Assembly (NCBI GenBank): GCA_951406725.2
Contig: OX597816.1
Span: 175,274,001 to 175,338,000 of the forward strand
Direction: 5' to 3'
DNA from: Octopus vulgaris
Taxonomy: Eukaryota
DNA: 64,000 nt
The position numbers and the translations under genes are program-made. The notes beneath the pieces are model-generated. The model had not been told where the DNA came from and did not search any database. It worked only from the letters and a program-made list of their open reading frames with translations. Positions 25,811-36,207 of this stretch are shown piece by piece (the first letter of the stretch is position 1; each line of letters begins with the position of its first letter).

Positions 25811-26172
25811 GGATTTGTGATTTGGGCAGAAGGAAGAAGATTAGTTGATACCATCAACCTAATTCTCAGACTGATTCTTTGTTTTATTGACCCCAAAAAG
25901 ATAAAAGGCAAAATTTACCTTTGCTGGGTTTGAACTCAGAAGGTAAAGAACCAGAACGAATTTTATCAGCTCATTGCCTTTTTATACCGAAACCAGAAAC
26001 TGTTGTTATTGTTGTTGCTGTTGTTATTACTATTATTGAAATAAAAAGCCAATTTCATTACTACTACTACTACTACTGCTGCTGCAACTACTACTATTTC
26101 TACTATTACTATTATTTAGAATAATAGCTAAGGAAACAGATATTTCAAATCAATTGCTATATTTATTTTCAT

Positions 26173-26580
26173 AGGCATAGGAGTGGTTGTGTGGTAAGTA
26201 GCTTGCTTACCAACCACATGGTCCCGGGTTCAGTCCCACTGCATGGCACCTTGGGCGAGTGTCTTCTACTATAGCCTTGGGCTGACCAAACCCTTGTGAG
26301 TGGATTTGGTAGACAGAAACTGAAAGAAACCCGTCATATATATATATATGTGTGTATATATATGTATGTATGTGTTTGTGTGTCTGTGTTTGTCCCCCCC
26401 AACATCGTTTGACAACCGATGCTGGTGTGTTTATGTCCCCGTAACTAAGCGGTTCAGTAAAAGAGACCAATGGAATAAGTACTATTCCTGGGGTCAATTT
26501 GCTTGACTAAAGGCAATGCTCCAGCACGGCCACAGTAAAATGACTGAAACAAGTAAAAGAGTAAAGAGAGAGTAAAGAGT
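26173..26580 (+). mobile_element. Family A SINE
   Basis: Full-length match to the other copies. Confidence 0.9.
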
Positions 26581-27554
26581 ATCTCCATAATGCTTTGATT
26601 AATTTCTAAGAATATTGGAAAGATGCCAATGAAGCAACTTGGGCTTATTTTTGTTGGTTGAAGACAAGGGGCAGATGTTTGGGACGGGATTGAAGAATAC
26701 TTTGAAAATAACTGGCAATGAATGAAAATGTTTTGAGTCACTGAAGTAGTTTCGTTGGTATAAAACAATATTGACAGTCATTCATAAGGACAGTACTACT
26801 GTTTGCTAAGAGTCCTCAAGTAGCCAGAAACTATGTTAGGCAGGTGTCATCAGTATTGGCTTTGATTGTCGAATGAATGTGTGCGTGCATGTGTGAAATG
26901 TAAACTGACTTTCTTTTGTATAGCAGTTGTTTATTTAAGCGGCCACACTGCATTACTGATATATAATTTACAGAGCAATGAAATTCTATACATTATCGTT
27001 GTTACAGGCAAGTGAATTGACCTCAATAGAGCACCCAATGCATTATTCCAGCATTTTGCTATCTGAGTTCAAATCCTGCTGAGGTTGACTTTTCCTTACA
27101 TTCTTCCAGAGTTGATGACTAAAATGTCAGTAAAAGACCGGAGGCTGGCAGAATTATTAAGTTGTCGGGTGATGTGTCTAAAACTGTGTGATTAGTTATG
27201 CCATTCATAAGTATATGCTTGATTCTACCATTTGTTACACAAGATTGTGTATCTGGTTGTACCATCCTGTGCGTAAGGGTATGACATAGTATACCAATCA
27301 TTTCATAGCATATGGTTGGTTGTACCATTCACTATACAATTAAATTTAGCTCAGTTAAATTTTGTTTCCTAAAATGTCTACTAGACGGTCATAAATCCTT
27401 CAATTACAGTGATTAAATTATGTTTAGTTCTAATCTCTTTCCTTCTGTCATACTGATGATGGCTAGTTTTCTACAGACACCCGAGCATCCTGCATGCTTC
27501 TTACTAGATATAAATGTTAATGGAAAGGATTTAGGAATAATCAGAAGACCAAGT

Positions 27555-28148
27555 TAGACCATAACCCATGACCTATACCAGGAGTGTAACCAGCTCACTT
27601 ATGCGTACTTTTCTTTCATTGGACACTAAACCCTGCTTGCAGAAACCTGTTGAGGCAAGCAAAATCAAAATCAAAATCAAATTCAAAGACTGGCATCCAT
27701 GCTAGTGGAGCGCTAAGAGCACCATCCGAACGTGATCATTGCCAGAGCAGCTGACTGGCTTCCATGCCAGTTGCATGTAAAAAGCACCATTCCTGCGTGA
27801 TCATTACCAGCGTCGCCTTACTGGCACCTGTGCTAGTGGCACGTAAAAAAACATTCGAGTGAGGTCGTTGCCAGTGCTGCTGGACTGGTTCTTGTGCAGG
27901 TGGCACATAAAAAACACCATTTGAGCATAGCCGTTGCCAGTACCGCCTGACTGGCCTTTGTGCCAGTGGCACATAAAAGCACCCACTACACTCTTGAAGT
28001 GGTTGGCGTTAGGAAGGGCATCCAGCTGTAGAAACTCTGCCAGATCAGATTGGAGCCTAGTGCAGCCATCTGGTTCATCAGTCCTCAGTCAAATTGTCCA
28101 ATCCATGCTAGCATGGAAAGCGGACGTTAAACGATGATGATGATGATG
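27555..28148 (+). mobile_element. RTE LINE 3' UTR with internal ~60-bp tandem units
   Basis: Repeated gtggcacgtaaaaagcacc units followed by the shared tail and (GAT)n. Confidence 0.85.
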
Positions 28149-28468
28149 GCAACAAACAGCAACTATCAGATTTGGAAATGAATAGAGCAAGATGAAAAGA
28201 GAAATAAAAACGTACAACAAGGTTGTGTGCTATCAACAGGTCTGTTTGCATTATGCAGTGAAATAATGATGTGATCTGTTGAGTATGTACCAGGTATACA
28301 GAAAGGAGGACAAAATATCAACACTATATCCAGCTGATATAATCCTCATAACAACAACAACAAAGAAAGGTCTACAAACATGCATTTGTACTCTTAATAA
28401 AGAGGACTATTTTCTCAGCTTCCATAGCGTATATATTCTCCTCTGACCAGTATGCCAGTCCTTTAGTG

Positions 28469-28851
28469 CAAAGGTTCTCAACGGTGGCCATATAGACCCC
28501 CTGGGGGCCATTTGGAGCTCAAGGGGAGAATTTTGGAGCAAAATATATCAATGAGCACTCTCAATAGACAACACATTGATCTCATAAGTATTGTGTGGTG
28601 GAAATAAATGTAATTACCAAACTTTCAATTCATTATTTCGTTTTTTTTGTTTTTGCATTTCAATTTGTACATCTGTACTCCTGATTGCGTACAAGCGAAT
28701 ATGTAAAATGACATCCTTTATTTTTTAATCATTGTCTGCTGATATCAAAATAAGTAGTATATTGTAAAATAAAAATATTTTCGGGGGGGGGTCCATTTGT
28801 GACTCCAAGGGTCAAAAGGGGCCTTTGGCCAAAATGGGTTGGGAACCTTTA
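28469..28851. mobile_element. hAT MITE (383 bp)
   Basis: 8-bp TSD CTTTAGTG (28461-28468, 28852-28859); TIR CAAAGGTTCTCAAC / GTTGGGAACCTTTA. Confidence 0.88.
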
Positions 28852-29539
28852 CTTTAGTGGAATATTCACTTTCACCAGCAAAATGGATTGTTCCAGTCTA
28901 TTTAGCTGATGAAAAGAGCACAACGCATCACCCAATCATGGAATCGAAACCACAATCTTACAATCGTGAGTCAAACACCCTAACCACTAAGCCACAGGAC
29001 TCCAATAGTATTCTTAATGATAAAACTGAAAACATGGATCTGGGTTTTGACAGAAACAATGACAATCTCAAAGAAAGTGCCATTAATTTGCAACACAGGA
29101 GGTATTAGAATAACCTTGAAATAAGTCAAAGGATTTTTTTTAAAAAAGCATCAAAGAAATTAAGTCAAGGATGAGACAAAGTTGTTTTGGTGAGATTGAA
29201 ACATATTGTCAAATAAATGGCTACCAATAAGAGTAGGAGTGAAGGTGTGTTAAATAGTCGTTAGAGTGTTTCACTTTTGATTACAAGATCCTGGTTTCAA
29301 TTCCCAGACTAGGTGATGTGTTGTGTTCTTGAGCAAAACACTTCTTTTTCATACTGCTTCAGTTCATTTAGCAACCCCGTGACAGACTGGTGTCCTATTC
29401 AGGATTGGGATCTCAGATCACTTACACCCCATGGAAACTGGGTAACTAGCTCTGTGAGTTCTAGGACTTGAGACGGTACTTGCTTTTACTTTTTAATAAG
29501 CATGAACAAAGATCTAAGGGACATATGAGAGAACTTATC

Positions 29540-29900
29540 GTTACATATAGCACATTAGCAATAAGTGCAAAAGCTTATGAATGCTGTAGAGATGTATGTC
29601 TGCAGATGGATGTTGAAGATGTCCTACATGGAAAGAGTGACATTTTTCACTTTGCAGAAACCACCAGAGAGCTTCTTAACAACAAAAGAAAGCAAGAGGC
29701 TAAGTTCATTCATAGGATATCATTTAAGAAAGCAAAGCCTTGAATATTTGGTGACAACTTGGAAACTAAAAGGCAGATGTCAGAGAGAGACAAAATACTC
29801 GATGACCATACCAGCTGGCTTCAGAAAGACTGGTTTGATAATGTGTTAAATTGCATGGGAGACAGGAGGAGATGAAGGCCCATGATTGCAGATACTTGCA
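29540..29900 (+). mobile_element. Old RTE/BovB-like LINE C-terminal fragment
   Basis: KLMNAVEMYVCRWMLKMSYMERVT...RLSSFIGYHLRKQSLEYLVTTWKLKGR resembles the RTE RT C-terminus. Confidence 0.65.
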
Positions 29901-30387
29901 TGTATGGTACATGAAGAGAAGTATATATATGCACCTATTTCCACCTGGTATCTGTCTGGATATCACATTTGGTCGACCTGGGTAATCTCCATTGGCAGCC
30001 AAACGCATATCATGGATGGTATGACCCATGTAATCCTATATAATGGATTGCTACAATTGGCCATACATTCATGTAATGGGGGTTACAATCAGTTATACAC
30101 TTATGTAATGACTGTACACTTACATAATGGATGATACTAACAGCCATAAACTCAATATTTCAGTGTTTTAATCGTCCCAGTTTTCAAAGAAGTAGCTTTA
30201 TAAATCTTGTGATACTATTAATCATTGTTGCCAGCCTAGAAAGGTGTTGATACCATGACATGGATTAGACAATACTCTCGTTGACAGGCGCTGTCATTAA
30301 GTCTCACAGTTGCTATGTTTACTGATGACAAAGTGACTCTCTCTCTCTCTCTCCCCTCCTCCTTTCTCTGTATATATATATATATAT

Positions 30388-30635
30388 ATATATTGTATAA
30401 AAGATTGTGGGTAAGGCCAAAACAATGTGAAATAAATGCAAGGTAAATCACAAGAAAACAAATATGTGAATTAATGTAGACTTACATCTTGTATTTAATA
30501 TTTCGGGGTCATAACCCCAAAATATTAAATACAAGATGTAAGTCTACATTAATTCACATATTTGTTTTCTTGTGATTTACCTTGCATTTATTTCACATTG
30601 TTTTGGCCTTACCCACAATCTTTTATACAATATAT
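30388..30635. repeat. Near-perfect palindrome: 122-bp arms, 4-nt loop
   Basis: Centre ggggt-cata-acccc (30505-30518); one mismatch seen. Confidence 0.95.
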
Positions 30636-30659
30636 TCTACACAACGCTTCAAAGTAATT

Positions 30660-31348
30660 ATTCCTTTGGAAATATGCTGTGCTCGAGAAGCCAGATGAGA
30701 CCATAACCCGTGGCCTATGCCAGGAGCATAACCAGCCCGCTTATGCGTAGCTTTTCCTTCTTTGGTCACTACACTTTGCTTGCAAAGACCTGTTGAGGCA
30801 AATGAAATCAAATCAAATCAAAATCAAAATCAAAATCACTTCAATGACTGGCATCCATGCTAGCGGGGTGTAAAGAGCCCCATACGAGTGTGATCATTGA
30901 CAGAGCGGCTATTCGGGTATGATCATTACCAGCGTCGCCTTACTGGTACTTATGCCTGTGCTAGTAGGGTGCCAAGAGTACCATCCGAGCGTGATTGTTG
31001 CCAGAGCAGCCAACTGGCTTCCGTACCTGTGGCACGTAAAAGGGCACCATTTGAGCGTGATCGTTACCAACGTCGCTTCATTGGCACCTGTGTCGGTGGC
31101 ACATGTAAAAAGATTCGAGCGAGGTCATTGCCAGTACCACCTGACTGGCTCCCATGTAGGTGGCAGTAAAAAGCACCCACTACACTCTCAGTGTGGTTGG
31201 TGTTAGGAAGGGCATCCAGCTGTAGAAACTCTGCCAAATCAAGACTGGAGCCTGGTGCAGCCATCTGGTTGCCAGCCCTCAGTCAAAACCGCCCAACCCA
31301 TGCTAGCATGGAAAACGGATGTTAAATGATGATGATGATGATGATGAT
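30660..31348 (+). mobile_element. 5'-truncated RTE LINE (end of ORF plus 3' UTR)
   Basis: ctttggaaatatgctgtgctcgagaag (LWKYAVLEK), then the same 3' UTR as 27555-28148 and a (GAT)n tail. Confidence 0.85.
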
Positions 31349-32039
31349 ATATGTGTATATATATATATATATTTAAGTAAGACTATTAAGGTGCAGAAGT
31401 GAGATAAAACTTGTAAATAAAAATTGCCAAGAAAAATGCTAGAACAGATAAAGTACTCAACTAAATATTCATAGCTCATGGATTCAAATATGCTACAAGC
31501 ACTTCATTGTGTCTGTTTTAATCTACATGGTGTTAGTTCACCCATCTACTGAGAATGGGTACTAAATCAGATATTTTAATCCAGATGCAGGTTTATCTCT
31601 CATCTGTCACATGCCACAAAACATGAGTTAGTCATTGTCCCTTAAAAGTTCAGCAGACCTTTTAGAGATATTCACCTACTTCACCGACAGTAGACTAACA
31701 TCCAATCTAGGACGAGTTTTATCTTTTATTTACTTGACTCTTTAGAACTTACAATTACTATTGACTCACTGAATCTTTGTGATTTTCTTAAGGATAAACA
31801 TAACACATTTTAAAGATCACAACAGCTTTGTGATAATGATGGAGATGATGATGGAGATGATGATGGAGATGATGATGGCTAAACGCTGCATGTTTTGGCC
31901 TATAATATATTAGGATGTTTGAGAAGCACATTTCTTTAGCAATTAATATAAAGTATACCCAGTAAGGATTTTTCTATGGCACAGAATGGATCTAACATTT
32001 TCATAAATAGTTATTAATTCTTAATTCTAATTAATTTGG

Positions 32040-32375
32040 TGCTGGTGCTGGCACTGGTGCTATATAAGAAGCACTCATGCTGGTGTCACATGAAAAGCAC
32101 TCATGCTGGTGCTACATTAAAAGCATTAGTGCTGGTGCTACATTAAAAGCATTAGTGCTGGTGCTACATAAGAAGCACTGGTGCTAATCTCACATAAAAA
32201 AAACACCCAGTACACACTGTAAAGCATGTGGCTTTAAGAAGGGCATCTAGCTGTAGAAGCCATACCAAAACAGACAATGGAATTAAGTATGGTCCCTGGC
32301 CTTACCAGCTCTGATCAAACCATTCCAACCCATTCCAGCATGGAAAATGGACATTAATTGGTAACGAAAGGATGA
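32040..32375 (+). mobile_element. Older RTE 3' end with ~26-bp tandem units
   Basis: gctggtgctacattaaaagcattagt repeats, then aagaagggcatctagctgtagaa...aacccattccagcatggaaaatggacatt. Confidence 0.7.
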
Positions 32376-32843
32376 TTACTTTACAACAGTTCGTTAATTT
32401 TTCATGCTCTCTGGTAATAATCTACTGAGTTTCTGATACATGTGTAGAGCTCAGCATCATCATCATCATCATCTTTATAATCTTCATTGTTTTAATGTCC
32501 CCCTCTTTCATGCTTTGGACAAAGTTTATGGAAGCAGACTTTCTGCAGCCAGACACCTTTCTTGTTGCAATGTTTTTGCAGAATATTGCCAATAACATTC
32601 ACATACAACAAGGAGTCATAAACAAACACATACACATGCATGCATGCACACAACAGCCTTCTTCCAGTTTCTGCCAAATACACTCATAAGGCTTCGGTTG
32701 GCCCAGGGCTATAGTAGAAGACACAAAGCGCCATACAGTAGGATCGAACCCAATATCATGTGGTCGGGAAACAAACTTCTCACCCACATAGCCATGCACA
32801 CACCTATCATTTCTCCATCTTTTTTTTTTTTATTAATATGCAT

Positions 32844-33238
32844 AAGCGCAGGAGTGGCTGTGTGGTAAGTAGCTTGCTTACCAACCACATGGTTCCGGGT
32901 TCAGTCCCACTGCGTGGCACCTTGGGCAAGTGTCTTCTACTATAGCCCCGGGCCGACCAAAGCCTTGTGAGTGGATTTGGTAGACGGAAACTGAAAGAAG
33001 CCCATCGTATATGTGTGTGTGTATATATGTTTGTGTGTCTGTGTTTGTCCCCCAACGTTGCTCGACAACCGATGCTGGTGTGTTTACTTCCCCGTAACTT
33101 AGCAGTTCGGCAAAAGAGACCAATAGAATAAGTACTAGGCTTACAAAGAATAAGTCCTGGGGTCGATTTGCTCGACTAAAGGTGGTGCTCCAGCATGGCC
33201 GCAGTCACATGACTGAAACAAGTAAAAGAGTAAAGAGT
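32844..33238 (+). mobile_element. Young family A SINE, head-to-head with an older copy at 32610-32800 (-)
   Basis: Full-length and CpG-retaining. Confidence 0.9.
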
Positions 33239-34198
33239 ATGCACAATTAATCCTTCAATAATCATAAAAATGTTTTTACAATGAAGACCAAGCAGGGTTT
33301 CTGAGTCTGTATTGAGATTTTGAATACGAGAGAGCTGAAGCTACTTATCAGCATCTTGTGTGTAAGATGGGGACAAGCATGGCTGAGTGGTTAAGAATTG
33401 AATTACGAACTTTCAGGTTCAATCCCATTGCACATTCATAGTGTGTGTTAAGACGGTTGTGATTGAATGGAGGAACATTTAGCTGCTATTTCTAGGAGTC
33501 CGATCGCCCCCGTAGAACAGTCATAAGCAAACTGCAGCCTGAGGGACTTTCTGAAATTGTTTAGTAGTGCTGCTCGTCTCATGACGAATTATATATTTCA
33601 TGCAGCCCGCCCATCAAGGCAGGACAACAGGTGGGGCCACTGATTGAGGTGTTCTCTATGCGTGACAGGTCTTCTCTGAACAAACTTCAAATTTAATGGA
33701 TTCGTGGCTATTGAGCAGTTGATGACTTTTGAGATTGTCTATGGTTTCACGATTTAAGTTTTTGCTTCCAGTAAACCTTGTCAGTGTTGGAAATGAAAGG
33801 GATAGACGCGGGAACATTTTTATATATATAAGCTTTTTTAAAGGCGGTGCTCCAGCATGGCCACAGTCAAACGACTGAAACAAGTAAAAGAGTAAGCTTT
33901 ATATTGAACATATTGATCATTGCTAAATGTGAAAAGGAAAATCAAAAGTGGACCGTAACAGAAAGTTACTGATCCCGACCGGGGAGAAGATGTCTGTTTA
34001 TCTTTTCACAATGTTCTGTATATATATATTATAAAATGAGATAGGGGTTGAAAATTCAACCCACCATGGGATAGTATATATCCAATATACTGCTAGATAG
34101 GTACCCAACAAGACTAATACATAGATGTTAAAAATTGCCAAACAATCAGTTCATCTATTGTATTATATGGGTAAAGGTAATAATATTACCGTAAATTA

Positions 34199-34554
34199 AT
34201 ACTACAAAATTAGAGAATGGAGAAACATACTTAAATCAATCAAACATCAACCATCAGATGATACCCAATCAATACTTTAATACACCATTACATATCAGTA
34301 AAGGCATTATACAAAATATACAGTAAAAGTAAATAGACAAAGAGATATAAGTATAAAATTTCAAATATAATATGTAATTTACATATTATATTTGAAATTT
34401 TATACATATATTTCCTTGTCTATTTACATTTACTGTATATTTTGTATAATGCCTTTACTGATATGTAATGGTGTACTAAAGTATTGATTGGGTATCATCT
34501 GATAGTTGATGTTTTATTGATTTAAGTATGTTTCTCCATTCTCTAATTTTGTAG

Positions 34555-34557
<3 letters not shown>
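34199..34557. repeat. Long palindrome: ~179-bp arms, 1-nt centre, abutting (TA)n
   Basis: Centre tatgtaa-t-ttacata at 34378; the arms match with a few mismatches; (TA)n at 34555-34712. Confidence 0.93.
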
Positions 34558-34585
<28 letters not shown>

Positions 34586-34602
34586 TCATCATCATCATCA
34601 TC

Positions 34603-34714
<112 letters not shown>

Positions 34715-35827
34715 CATGATTTAGTCAAAGAAGGTAGACTAACACCTATGCTATTACTGTTTAGGTCTGATGAGAACAGACCTATGATCAAAGCTATTCA
34801 ATCCGTGGAAACCTGGCTTTTTGCATACAAGAAACTGCAATATATTTTGCTGTTATTTATGATGCTATGTTGTGATTTGAGGGAGATTAGTTGTTATTTT
34901 TAGCAGGTCGAATGGTCACAGTCACGTTCTCTTGCCTTTAAATTCCTAAAGTAACCTTGGTGTCCGCAATGAAATAAAATAGCAGCCGTCGTAATGGATA
35001 GCTTGGTCAAAATTCCTCACAAAATTGAAAAAAGGAAAAAAAGAAATAGTATCTGTTGCGCCGGTAATTAATGTTGATGAATACTATTTACCTGTATCTT
35101 TATTACCCTATTTACCTGTAGCAACTAGATTGTGATACTGGAAAAAATAGAAATTAAGGTTTTATATTACGAATTTGTTTCAAAAAGTAAACCAATGAAT
35201 GGAAGAAAATGACCAACAGCAATAAAACCTAAATATAAAAGAAAGATTCATATATTTCTGTTCGGTAAACGAATGCTAATGAAGAATTAATACAATTACT
35301 GCTTTGTCCCTAGACTGCCTTTCCTTAGGAAAGTCCGACCGCAAAATAAAATCTAGTGTCTTTATTTAAAACAAAACAAAACATTTTATACCAAATTAAA
35401 AGCATTGTATTTTCATTTTGAATATTTTTGTAAGCAAAGCAGAAAAGTTTGAAAGAATTCAGGGATTTAAAGCAATATTATTATTAATAAATAGTAAAAA
35501 AAAAAAAAATGAAATCCAAGTTCGAAAGCAATTGAAATATTTTATTTTGTCATGAAATATGAATAAAATGAAGTTTACGCATTGTTCAAAATATATTTAT
35601 ATGTAAATACAATTCAGAAACGTAAAAGCAATATTAATATTAATAAATACTAACAAATTAACTTCACGGTCGATAGCAATTGGAATATTTTATTATCAAA
35701 TAAAATAAAGTTTCCATATGGTTAAAAAATATTCTTAATATGTAAATTACATTTTATATTATTATTATTATATTATTTTAAAATAATTAACAATAGAAAT
35801 GTGAAATTTACGCCATTCTCGTAACAT

Positions 35828-36029
35828 TTCGTCTGGTTCCGTCCGGTTCCGTCGGTTTTCGTTAGTTTCCGACACGACCTTCACTTTATCTCTCAAGGTG
35901 ATGCTGAGAAAGGTCAGAGGAGCTTGACGGTTGCGAGAGAGAGAAGCAGGTAAGTGGCTGGTCGACAGACGAAGCTGTTAGTGACTGATTGGTTGCGAAT
36001 TACCTGAGATAAGCATTTCAGCACCAAAA
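35828..36029 (+). promoter_or_regulatory. Putative PFK promoter and 5' UTR with a candidate 72-nt UTR intron (35950-36021)
   Basis: CpG-rich; tandem gtc(c/t)ggttcc 10-mers; cag|GTAAGT donor at 35950, gactgat branch-like motif, tttcag acceptor 8 nt before the ATG. Confidence 0.5.
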
Positions 36030-36207
36030 ATGGAAGCAAAGGAAGCTGCTCTGAAACAACGGAAGAGTACGTTTCAGAACGTACGAGCCGAGTTCAGTCG
36101 TAAGGACAGCGTGATGGCAGTTCCAGGTCGAGAAGGTGCTTATGTGGAGAAGGGTTCGTATCAAGGCCGCGCCGTCGGCGTCTTCACCAGTGGAGGAGAT
36201 GCACAAG
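36030..36207 (+). CDS. PFK: ATP-dependent 6-phosphofructokinase, coding exon 1
   Basis: aaaaATG...RAVGVFTSGGDAQ(G); donor G|gtaatt. Confidence 0.93.

Noticed and set aside
27720-28000. Regularly spaced gtggcacgtaaaaagcacc repeats resembling a CRISPR array
   Set aside because: Eukaryotic context, the spacers are homologous to each other, no cas genes; these are LINE UTR subrepeats.
32878-33123. Recurrent ORFs ending ...VYQIHSQGFG..AIVEDTCPRCHAVGLNPEPCG
   Set aside because: Antisense translation of the family A SINE, not a gene family.
33656-33883. Minus-strand ORF MFPRLSLSFPTLTRF... near the PFK promoter, a possible divergent gene
   Set aside because: Short, no recognisable homology, no convincing splice donor, and it starts in a SINE tail.
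34761-34815. ctgatgag...gaaac hammerhead-like words
   Set aside because: No supporting stems and not conserved in the other family F copies.
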